IMG/VR virus record: IMGVR_UViG_3300043411_000921
Span: 124,001-188,000 of that record
DNA length: 64,000 bases
Direction: 5' to 3' (one strand)
Within the stretch, counting starts at the first letter, position 1. Each line of letters starts with the position of its first letter. A model generated the notes under the pieces. The model was not told where the DNA came from. It ran no database searches and saw nothing but the letters and a program-made list of their open reading frames with translations. Made by a program: the position numbers and the translations under genes. Shown here piece after piece: positions 39,778 to 48,040 of this stretch.

Positions 39778-40115
39778 GTTTGTGATGCTGGGGTGTAGGC
39801 ATATCGCCAAGTGTTGTTGCTGCAAATCAACCTGTTACCATTCGGATCTAAGAACTCTTGAAATCTAGCAGAAGTCGGCGCAATGACTTCTCTTAAAAAA
39901 ACCAAGTGGTATGGGAGTGCTCCACAAAGATAGCCATAAAGATAGCTTTCCCCGTAGAGGATATCAAAAAACTCTCGCTCGGTTAGTTTAGAATAGTCGG
40001 CTGGGAGTTTAGAATTATACCATACTCTAAAGACGAAATGTGTTTCCTCTTTATAGGCATTGAGTTCAAGGAGTTCCCCTGGGCTTAGGCGTTGTACCAT
40101 GCCTGTTTTTACCAC
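39774..40115 (-). CDS. PG-x-LL array protein
   Basis: LSPGELL. Confidence 0.65.
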   Translation of the reverse strand: MVKTGMVQRLSPGELLELNAYKEETHFVFRVWYNSKLPADYSKLTEREFFDILYGESYLYGYLCGALPYHLVFLREVIAPTSARFQEFLDPNGNRLICSNNTWRYAYTPASQT

Positions 40116-40390
40116 GAATCCTCAAGGACTTCAATGAAAACAGGGGGATGTCCTGGTCCGGGCGTTTCTTCTCCGCCCATAGGAACCAAACAATCCCAGT
40201 CGAACCACCTTTCTTGACCTTCTGAGTTTACCACCTCACCAGGAAAGTTGGGCTTGATGTAGCCGAGGAATTTGAGATATGCGCCGGTTTTTTTGGCAAC
40301 AATTCCAACCATCTCAGTTCGATCAAAATACCCAGCGGGGAAAAATACAACACGAACCAAAGCTCCTAGTTTGAACTTGTCCGGGTTCAT
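40109..40390 (-). CDS. PG-x-LL array protein
   Basis: FKLGALV. Confidence 0.65.
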   Translation of the reverse strand: MNPDKFKLGALVRVVFFPAGYFDRTEMVGIVAKKTGAYLKFLGYIKPNFPGEVVNSEGQERWFDWDCLVPMGGEETPGPGHPPVFIEVLEDSW

Positions 40391-40611
40391 GGATCTTCTT
40401 GCGGCTCTGCGATCTGAACGATTCGATAATCAGAGTCAAGGTATCTTTCCGTACATGCCATTGGGAGATGAGTCGGACTAATCGTGTCAATCATTTTTGA
40501 CACTTCTCCATTCCTAAACTTATGCCAACCCAGACAAACACGAAAGATGTCGGGGCTGTCAATATTTTGAAGTAGGGTTCCTGGAGGGTATTTTGCGGGA
40601 ACTGGTTTCAT
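40387..40611 (-). CDS. PG-x-LL array protein
   Basis: YPPGTLL. Confidence 0.65.
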   Translation of the reverse strand: MKPVPAKYPPGTLLQNIDSPDIFRVCLGWHKFRNGEVSKMIDTISPTHLPMACTERYLDSDYRIVQIAEPQEDP

Positions 40612-40832
40612 TCCACAGCCTCTTCATCATCATCGCAAATAATTTCTTGCTGATAAAGTGCGCTAAATCGAGTTTCCATGATCTCTCCTTTGTGAACCCA
40701 CAAAGACCAATATACTCTTCGTTCTTTGTCCACTCTGATAATCGTCTCGATTTCATCTGTTGGATCTTCTACATCCACCAGCAACATACCCGGATGGAGG
40801 TCGTCAAAAGATTTGATTGGCCTTGTTTTCAT
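40608..40832 (-). CDS. PG-x-LL array protein
   Basis: MKTRPI..LHPGMLL. Confidence 0.65.
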   Translation of the reverse strand: MKTRPIKSFDDLHPGMLLVDVEDPTDEIETIIRVDKERRVYWSLWVHKGEIMETRFSALYQQEIICDDDEEAVE

Positions 40833-41029
40833 TGTGAATCTTCATCCTCTTCCATTGGAACGATCTCATACCAATCTTCCACATAGTTTTTACTTACCAC
40901 AATGACATTGAACCCATTGGAGTCTGCTGCGAGAAGGCGAACGGTGTTTTTTAGTGGATCTTCGTCAAGATATACACGGAACCGCGAAGGAATGTTGTAC
41001 TTGTTTTTGAGCAGCGTTCCTGGTTTCAT
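40829..41029 (-). CDS. PG-x-LL array protein
   Basis: MKPGTLL, TAATG-coupled to the upstream gene. Confidence 0.65.
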   Translation of the reverse strand: MKPGTLLKNKYNIPSRFRVYLDEDPLKNTVRLLAADSNGFNVIVVSKNYVEDWYEIVPMEEDEDSQ

Positions 41030-42093
41030 TATCGGCGTGGGAAGGTGTGACGGCCACGATTGTAGGAATAAGCGGGGAAAACCGGCATGTTGACCATTGA
41101 AGTTTGAATCTCTTCGGTGAAACAAAAGCCAGCAGCTTTGATGCAATCGAGCACAGATGCCTTTTCCGTGGCACGGAACACCCAGGTGCGGGTAGAGTCC
41201 ACATAAGACCGATTGGACGCCTGGATATTCTTCTTGAGGGCTTCCACGAGCTTTGGAGTCTTGCCAGCAACCCAGGGAACGTCCAGGGTGATAACCGTGG
41301 GCCAGCAAACCACCCTTGCACCATCTCGGGCTGCTGCAATAGAGTTTTGCTGAGGATTTACAGCGATCCACTCCTCACACATCTTGATGATGTTGGGAAC
41401 ATCCCCCTCAAAGCACGGCCAATACTCCATCACAACTTCAACAAAAGCCTTGTGAGACTTCGCTGGACAAGTGAAAGTCCGACCGGAGAGCTTGGGAAAA
41501 ACAACTCCGGGAATCTTGCGCATCGCATTCCACCCAGCCTTGTTCTTGCTTCCAGTCAAACTGATAAGGCCATTTTCAAACTTCAGGGTTGCTTCACCCG
41601 TGCTGCTCTTTCCAGCAAGCACGCCAGCAAGGCCAGGATAACCCAGAGACTTGACAACTTGAATCAAGCAAGTCTTGTTTTGGGTGCTGATTCCAACGAA
41701 GGAGAGCATGAAGTCTACGATCTTGACAATGGGACGATAATCCTCACCAGCAAGATAAAACCCACTGTCGCCCTCGTTCTTTTCCTGGAGCTTCTCGTTC
41801 TTCTGCATGAGGAGTTCGAGGGTTGCAGCCCAGATGGGTTGAATGGCGAGGGGAAGTCCGTCAGGAACCACAGACATTCCATAGAGTGTGGCTGCTGAGA
41901 AATTTGCGGGAACAGTGCGAGCAAAAAGCGCGGTGTCCTTCTTCGCGCAGATGGGGCCGATGCCACGCTCCCAGGAAGCGGGATCGGTCAATGCGGCGAA
42001 GCATCGAGAACAATGACGGACATCATTGCAACTCCGAGTGATGCTCGGAAACATGTTGAGGATATCTTGAAAGCTGGTCGTGGCGTTCTTCAT
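41029..42093 (-). CDS. DUF6011-type zinc-finger early protein
   Basis: CSRC..LTDPASWERGIGPIC. Confidence 0.8.
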   Translation of the reverse strand: MKNATTSFQDILNMFPSITRSCNDVRHCSRCFAALTDPASWERGIGPICAKKDTALFARTVPANFSAATLYGMSVVPDGLPLAIQPIWAATLELLMQKNEKLQEKNEGDSGFYLAGEDYRPIVKIVDFMLSFVGISTQNKTCLIQVVKSLGYPGLAGVLAGKSSTGEATLKFENGLISLTGSKNKAGWNAMRKIPGVVFPKLSGRTFTCPAKSHKAFVEVVMEYWPCFEGDVPNIIKMCEEWIAVNPQQNSIAAARDGARVVCWPTVITLDVPWVAGKTPKLVEALKKNIQASNRSYVDSTRTWVFRATEKASVLDCIKAAGFCFTEEIQTSMVNMPVFPAYSYNRGRHTFPRR

Positions 42094-42099
42094 GACCAG

Positions 42100-42128
42100 A
42101 CTCTATCACGGCTTCTCGGGTGGGTCAA
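42100..42128 (-). promoter_or_regulatory. early sigma70-like promoter
   Basis: TTGACC-N17-(TGa)TAGAGT, ATG 6 nt downstream. Confidence 0.82.
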
Positions 42129-42134
42129 GAGCCT

Positions 42135-43322
42135 TTATCTGGCCTGTGCGATTTTTTCTGGGAGGGCTACATTCCAGAGATTTGCCTTGGCTGTCCTTGA
42201 CTTGGTAAACCCCAAAGACTCCAACTTCTTTGCCATTAGCTGAGGCTTATAGTTCGAAACATGAACCAAGCATTTCTCTTCCTTCAAAAACAACATCCTC
42301 GCTTGGATAATCTCCTGAAGGGAAGACTTGGGCTCTTTATCTGTCCAGGGTCGAAGGGAAGAAAAAAACTCCCGGTCCCCATCCTTCAAAGCTCGAACCT
42401 CTTCCAACCCAATCTTCAAATTAGGCTTGTTCTTCTTCAACCAAGAGAAGTAAATCTCATTGACCTTCTCAAAAGATGTATTGAATGCCGGATACTTCGT
42501 TACCGAGTCAATAACTTGTGTAGCTTCATCAAAAAATTCACAATAGTTTTCAAAATGTTTTAGGTAAGCGGAGCAAAGTTTTTCTAGTTGAGCACGTTCT
42601 GCCCCTTTGGCTCTGTCAGAGGAAAGAAGTCTGTGGAGAACAATGTTTCTAACGCCAACTGGGACGGGTTCGGTTTTCATTTTTTCTCTGACATGCTCGA
42701 TTGTTCCAGTTGACCAGTCAGACAGAGAGGACTTAGCCGCCATCTTTGATTTGGTCGTTGTTGTTTTTTGTGTCTTGGTTGATTTCCTTGATTTTAGTGC
42801 GTTGAGGAATTTTTCTGGTAGGTCTTGAATTTCATTCGGACAGACTTCGCCATAAGTGCCACGAGTATGTTTGCTTGGTGGAATAACAACATAACCGTCT
42901 TGGCCTCGTGTATCTACCTTGTCCGCCAAATGGGATGCAGTGTTTTTTGTCGGGGTCGATGTCCAAAACCAAAAATGCCACCCACCAGATCCAGTCCGAT
43001 AGTGAAAAGTCGAAGAAAGTTCCTTTATGATTGGGTGATCTGCCGCATCAACATCAACAACAATAAGATATTTCCCAGTTTTTTCAGATTTTCGTCCTGT
43101 TGCGAGGCCAAAGTTCATTTTGTGACTGAGAGAAAACCACTCTTCAACCTTTTCTGGTTTATTGCTGGCAATGATTTTCCAATTGTAACGAAAGAGTGGG
43201 TGTTTTCCAGGAGAAGCGCAGTTTTGTTCGCCACACGAACAAGTGTTGTTAAGCCGAATCGAATAAAGTGGAAGTATGTGAAATTTGTTTTCCAGAATGA
43301 TTTGTTTAATTGATGATGGCAT
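42135..43322 (-). CDS. bifunctional DNA primase/polymerase (Prim-Pol)
   Basis: CSCG..C.SPGKHP, NFGLATG, VVDVD, TGSGGWH, DTRGQDGYVVIPPS, GVRN. Confidence 0.9.
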   Translation of the reverse strand: MPSSIKQIILENKFHILPLYSIRLNNTCSCGEQNCASPGKHPLFRYNWKIIASNKPEKVEEWFSLSHKMNFGLATGRKSEKTGKYLIVVDVDAADHPIIKELSSTFHYRTGSGGWHFWFWTSTPTKNTASHLADKVDTRGQDGYVVIPPSKHTRGTYGEVCPNEIQDLPEKFLNALKSRKSTKTQKTTTTKSKMAAKSSLSDWSTGTIEHVREKMKTEPVPVGVRNIVLHRLLSSDRAKGAERAQLEKLCSAYLKHFENYCEFFDEATQVIDSVTKYPAFNTSFEKVNEIYFSWLKKNKPNLKIGLEEVRALKDGDREFFSSLRPWTDKEPKSSLQEIIQARMLFLKEEKCLVHVSNYKPQLMAKKLESLGFTKSRTAKANLWNVALPEKIAQAR

Positions 43323-43360
43323 TTCAACCTCAAAGTATCAGGTTGAAATGCCATCATCAA
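43310..43360. repeat. perfect 21-bp inverted repeat covering the Prim-Pol start codon and promoter
   Basis: ttgatgatggcatttcaacct-N9-aggttgaaatgccatcatcaa. Confidence 0.9.
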
Positions 43361-43575
43361 GAGACTCTTTCGACCACCGCGCCCGCAGGGATCGCCCCCG
43401 CGTCCGTGGTGGAGCCGCGAGTGCCGCCGCTCGTGCGGTAGTAGTAGGTCGTCGAGGGCGCGGGAGCGCCGACGCGCGGGGCGAAGGCCCCGCGGAGGGG
43501 CGCAGGGATGGGCTTATACAGCCCAGGGGCGATCGATGGCGAGGGCGGGGCGAGGCCTGCGGTATAGGTGCTCAT
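43357..43575 (-). CDS. small Pro-rich protein (high-GC island)
   Basis: GAGGT RBS, GC-rich codons. Confidence 0.65.
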   Translation of the reverse strand: MSTYTAGLAPPSPSIAPGLYKPIPAPLRGAFAPRVGAPAPSTTYYYRTSGGTRGSTTDAGAIPAGAVVERVS

Positions 43576-44660
43576 GGCGGCACCTCACGAGAGCGTCGGG
43601 GTCGAGGAGTCCCACCGCAGCCACAGGCCCGCGGCATAAATCCAGTACTCGGTCGTGCCGTCGAGCGTCTGGCCATTGGCCCGGCCCGCCACGGTGGCCC
43701 ACCGGATGCCGCGCGCAAATCCGACCCACCCCGTCGTGGTGGACGGCGCGCCCGCACACATCACGGGGACCGGCAGCGGCACCTCGTACCCGCTGCTAGG
43801 CAGCGCGCCGCCCTGCTCGCCTTCGGGCGGCGCCAGCCGCCCGTAGGTGCCGAAGAGCGACGCGAAGGTGACCCGCTGGTTGCTGCCAGCCCCGACGAAT
43901 CGCTTGTAGATCAGGGCGTAACCCGTCTGGAGGGCCACCCCGGCTGCCGCGTAGACCGTCAAACCCGTGGCGTTGTAGTACCCGACCCACAGGGGTGGGT
44001 CCGTGTCGCTCGGGTCGGGCGAGTCGAGGGGTACGTCGGCAAGGAGAGTGCGGACATTGCCGCCACCGCTCGGGAGGCACATGAGTCGCCAGCCGAAGTC
44101 GTCGATGTCGTCTGCCGAGATGAAGAGCCGCCCGGGCGTTGCCGTGAATGCCGACGCTGCCGAGAAAAGCTCCGTCGCGTCCGTCGCCGTAGGCAGCACC
44201 GTAGCGGTGCCACCCGTGACGAACCCCGCCGCGCTGCGAGAGATGGTCCACGCGGCATCGCTCGCGCCGCGCTGGAAGAGCCACTCGCGGCTTGAATCCG
44301 GCGAACGCACGGTGAACCACGCGGAGGTGTTGCCGAGGTTGCCCGCGCCGCTACCGCCGCTGCCGTAGGGGTTGGCGCTGAGCGGTGGGTTGGCGCTGAG
44401 CGGTGCGCCGGTGCGGTCGGTGTAGGTGGTCGCGTCCGACCATCGCGTGATGACCCACCCCGCGGAGAGCAGGGTGTCGATGAGCGCGTCGACGGCGACA
44501 GCGCCCGACGCGGGCGAGGATACGTGTGTGATAGTGGCCATGTGTCAGCTCCCGATCATCGAGGCAGCGGCGCAGATAAGCCAACGGTATGAGCCATCGG
44601 TGGGCAAGAGTTGCGCCGCCGAGATGAGGGTCTGCTGGTCGGCTGCCGTTGGGGCTGGTG
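43370..44660. other. high-GC horizontally acquired island
   Basis: Counted 60-nt lines inside are 65-80% GC versus 30-47% just to the left. Confidence 0.85.
43585..44541 (-). CDS. putative tail/receptor-binding accessory protein (high-GC island)
   Basis: Gly/Ala/Thr/Trp-rich beta protein downstream of the tail fibre; GGAG RBS. Confidence 0.7.
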   Translation of the reverse strand: MATITHVSSPASGAVAVDALIDTLLSAGWVITRWSDATTYTDRTGAPLSANPPLSANPYGSGGSGAGNLGNTSAWFTVRSPDSSREWLFQRGASDAAWTISRSAAGFVTGGTATVLPTATDATELFSAASAFTATPGRLFISADDIDDFGWRLMCLPSGGGNVRTLLADVPLDSPDPSDTDPPLWVGYYNATGLTVYAAAGVALQTGYALIYKRFVGAGSNQRVTFASLFGTYGRLAPPEGEQGGALPSSGYEVPLPVPVMCAGAPSTTTGWVGFARGIRWATVAGRANGQTLDGTTEYWIYAAGLWLRWDSSTPTLS

Positions 44661-44685
44661 TAGTGAGATTTTCCAAGTATGCCAT
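44545..44685 (-). CDS. 46-aa chimeric mini-ORF at the island junction
   Basis: MAYLENLTTPAPTAADQQTLISAAQLLPTDGSYRWLICAAASMIGS; TAGTTA at 44703-44698. Confidence 0.45.
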   Translation of the reverse strand: MAYLENLTTPAPTAADQQTLISAAQLLPTDGSYRWLICAAASMIGS

Positions 44686-44708
44686 TGTGTTAAAATCTAA
44701 CTACAGTT

Positions 44709-47111
44709 TCACCCAAAAAACACGGCTGAAAATAGCGCATAGTCGGAAATGCCTCCTCCGCTCTTGTTGACCCTCAATTCCAAAACTCTTGAAGAACCAG
44801 TGGCAACAAAAGAAGCTGTTTTGTGCGTTGGGGTTGTCTCAGTCCATGACAAAGAAGAAAGAGATGATGAGTTAACAAGATCATACAATTCCACACTTCC
44901 AGTGACTCCGGCTACGGAAGCAAAACCAATGCCTTCGAGTGTGTAGGATGGAGAATTTAGATCTGTAAAAAGAGCGTAACCCGCGATGGTGCTTGCAGAA
45001 AGGGTTGTTGTGACAACCCCAGCCAGAATTGGGATTTTACTTGAGGCAGAGAGTTCCCACTGACCAATTGTGTTGTAGTTTGCTGTAATGCCGGAACTTC
45101 CTGTCAAGAAAGGATTTCCGTTTGTAGTAGTGTTCAAAGAACCCGTTATGCCACCAAAGACTTCAAATGAACCTGTTACTTGAACGGAGCCGGAAGCAAC
45201 TCTAAAAACATCGTGCCGATTAAAACTACTATCCCCGTCCCCGACAACAAAAAGAGAGGAAGCATCTTGAATGTTGAATTTTCCGAATGCGGCTTGTGTC
45301 GTTGTGGGGTCAAGATTCCCAGCGGTTTCTCCTTCTGCGATTGTTCCAAGCCCCGCAGCGAAGCTTCCACTGCCATTCGCAATCGTTTGCCAACCTGTGG
45401 TGTGGGAGGCTGGGCCGTTCGTTAAAGTGTAGTAGCCTTCGGCGTGGGAATAGCTGCCGTTGGTTGATGAACCAACCCCTTCTGCGTGGGAATGCTCTGC
45501 GCCAGTGGTTGTTCCATTTCCCTCAGCGTGAGAAAAATTACCATTTGCTGTTGAAAAAAAGCCTTCAGCGTGCCCACCGAGAGCGTTAGATTTTGCGAAA
45601 TAACCTTCTGCGTGTGCAGCGTATGCTGCTGCTGTTGTAAACACACCTTCCGCATGGGAAAAGAACCCAGATGCTTGTGTGCTTGAACCTTCGGCGTGAG
45701 TGGCTTGGCTTGATGCAATAGTGTCTTGGCCTTCGGCGTGAGAGTTGTCACCGGATGCAATGTTTCTTATTCCCTGGGTTACGCTTCCAGTGATTTCGGC
45801 CCCCAAAGAGGCACTTAGTTTTGCAATTTCGATAGAGCTGGTCGTGTAAATGATTGTGCTGTTTATTTCAGACCAGAGGCTTGTTCCACCAGAAGAGCCA
45901 GAAATTTCCCACTGGCCGTTTGTGTTGTAGACTGTTGTGATACCCGGCCCACCAATCAAAAACGGACTACCATCGACGGTACCACTCAAAGAACCAGTGA
46001 TTTTTGAAGAGATGAACGACCCAGTTACTTCAACCGAGGTGTCATTAACTCTGAAAATATCAGATCTGAGAAAATCATCATCATCTGTTCCGTTTCCAAC
46101 AACGAACAATGAGAAATCGTTGTTGCGAAGATTATACTTTCCAACTACATTTTGTCCAGAGCCAGATGCGATTGTTCGGATACCGGAAGCGTGTGAAAAG
46201 TCGCCTGGGGTGTCGGTGTAGGAACCTTCGGCATGTGACCAGTTTCCAATAGCGTTTGTCTCAAATCCTTCAGCGTGCGATCCCACCCCAAACGCTTCTG
46301 CGCCTTCCCCTTCTGCGTGGTTATAATCGGCATGTGCTCTTGTCATTCTCCCTTCTGCGTGGGAATAATCGCCAGAAGCAATTGTCATTGTGCCTTCTGC
46401 ATGGGAACCAAGACCTGAAGAAGTCGCCATTCTCCCTTCTGCGTGGGAATTGATTCCACTGGCGAGTGTACCATCTCCCTCCGAGTGACCACCAGCACCT
46501 GATGCCGTTGTTGCAAAACCTTCTGCGTGCGAATGATTTCCAGAAGCAGTAGAATTGTACCCTTCCGAATGAGAATAGTCGCCCGAAGCGACTCCATATT
46601 GGCCTTCCGAGTGACTACACAAACCCGAAGCCACTGTTTCTTCTCCTGATGCGACAGAAGATCCGGTGGCATAGCTGCCAATTCCAGCGATCACACTAGA
46701 TCCTGTGACAACGAGACTGATTTCCCCAACAAATTCATTTCGGATTTGAACAGATCCAGTGGAGTAGGTACTACCTGAGATGTCTGAGAACCAGATTTGG
46801 GCACTGCCCCCACTTGCGCCAGAACCATCAACAGACAGGTTCCCAGAGACGTGTAGATCCCCTCCAAAAACCGCAATAGTAGGCGTGCTACCTCCCTTGC
46901 CCCCAACCGATCCAGAGACGTAGAAAAAGGCGTCAGAGCCGATTGGCGAGGTGTCAAAAATAGCAGGGTTGATATTCCCCTGGTTGGCTGGAGTTCCTTG
47001 AGCACTCAAAGGATAAACAAGAAGGCATTCGGCGGAACCCGCATTGGCTCCGCTGACAATCAGCTTGTTTACTTGAATTTGATCGGAACGAAAATCTGGT
47101 GAGTTTGGCAT
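44709..47111 (-). CDS. tail fibre / adhesin with YadA-head-like 14-aa SHAEG repeats
   Basis: Two blocks of (S/G)HAEG..T.A.G repeats and many VTGS motifs; TAGTTA upstream. Confidence 0.85.
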   Translation of the reverse strand: MPNSPDFRSDQIQVNKLIVSGANAGSAECLLVYPLSAQGTPANQGNINPAIFDTSPIGSDAFFYVSGSVGGKGGSTPTIAVFGGDLHVSGNLSVDGSGASGGSAQIWFSDISGSTYSTGSVQIRNEFVGEISLVVTGSSVIAGIGSYATGSSVASGEETVASGLCSHSEGQYGVASGDYSHSEGYNSTASGNHSHAEGFATTASGAGGHSEGDGTLASGINSHAEGRMATSSGLGSHAEGTMTIASGDYSHAEGRMTRAHADYNHAEGEGAEAFGVGSHAEGFETNAIGNWSHAEGSYTDTPGDFSHASGIRTIASGSGQNVVGKYNLRNNDFSLFVVGNGTDDDDFLRSDIFRVNDTSVEVTGSFISSKITGSLSGTVDGSPFLIGGPGITTVYNTNGQWEISGSSGGTSLWSEINSTIIYTTSSIEIAKLSASLGAEITGSVTQGIRNIASGDNSHAEGQDTIASSQATHAEGSSTQASGFFSHAEGVFTTAAAYAAHAEGYFAKSNALGGHAEGFFSTANGNFSHAEGNGTTTGAEHSHAEGVGSSTNGSYSHAEGYYTLTNGPASHTTGWQTIANGSGSFAAGLGTIAEGETAGNLDPTTTQAAFGKFNIQDASSLFVVGDGDSSFNRHDVFRVASGSVQVTGSFEVFGGITGSLNTTTNGNPFLTGSSGITANYNTIGQWELSASSKIPILAGVVTTTLSASTIAGYALFTDLNSPSYTLEGIGFASVAGVTGSVELYDLVNSSSLSSLSWTETTPTHKTASFVATGSSRVLELRVNKSGGGISDYALFSAVFFG

Positions 47112-47153
47112 AGTTTGTGTGGGTAACTATGCCAAAACAAGGCCAGAAAGGTT

Positions 47154-48020
47154 TTAGAGGATTTCGGAGGAGATCGTTGCGAGCGACCAGCCTTTCGTGG
47201 ATTTGCGGCGCCCTTTTAGAACCGCGCACAATTTTGTTGGCGCAAGACCGTACAAACGACAAAAAGCTGCCAAGCATTGAATTTCTGTTATCACAACCCC
47301 ATCGGGGCCGATCAGTTGTAATCCCAAATAGGTTTTTGAATTATGATGTTCTGTTCCCATCTTCTTACCCAAATGGGCCAAACGATTTTTTTGCTTGGAT
47401 TCTTCGGTGTGATGTTTGTTGAAATTAGGATGCTTCGAACCTTTCAACACATTTTTTGGACCAAGCTTTTTCTTTTCCGTGCCAACCAAAGTCCACCCTT
47501 TTGTGCTGGGGGCTTGTCGATTTAGCAACTTCCACAAACACTTCGGATTCAAATGGTGTTCTTCTGCAAAACTTGTAACGGAATCGACACTTGTATACAG
47601 AATTAAATCCGGTGAGAGTAGTTGAATATTGCTGTATTGTTTTCCCACCTTCTTGGATCCGTGCGGGGAAGAAGCATCTTTTCTGAGATTGTAACACTTG
47701 TTCTTACCAAAAGAAGAATCAATGTAGCGTTGTTCTACCAACAAACGATCTTCCTTGGTACCACCAACGACTTCCAGAACCTCAAACACGAATACCTCTT
47801 CCCCGCATTTGTCAAAATCGGCTTGCAGATAACGGTTAGAATGCTTCCCTCTTCTTAGGGAAGCGGTGTGCTGATTCCAGCGGACCTTGAAGCATTTTGC
47901 CGAACCAACATAGACTCTTTCGTTGAGTTTGTTTCTGAGTCTATACACACCGCCTTCATTCGATTTCCCTCCGAACTTGTATTCCACAGGACGTAACCTT
48001 TCATGGAATACATAGTTCAA
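47154..48020 (-). mobile_element. free-standing GIY-YIG homing endonuclease
   Basis: GVY..YVGS..R, NUMOD3-like HTEESKQK, two SPD/GPD..KGW repeats. Confidence 0.9.
47156..47184. repeat. 29-bp direct repeat (copy of the phoH 3' end)
   Basis: 28/29 identical to 48043-48071. Confidence 0.9.
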
Positions 48021-48040
48021 AAACCCCTGTTTTCCAGGCT

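Noticed and set aside
42135-43322. Prim-Pol IILE|N as a head-targeting leader
   Set aside because: It has a sigma70-like rather than late promoter and the residues fit the domain's first helix; it shows the motif can occur by chance
45400-46640. 42-bp periodic DNA repeats as a non-coding array
   Set aside because: They are the coding SHAEG repeats of the tail fibre
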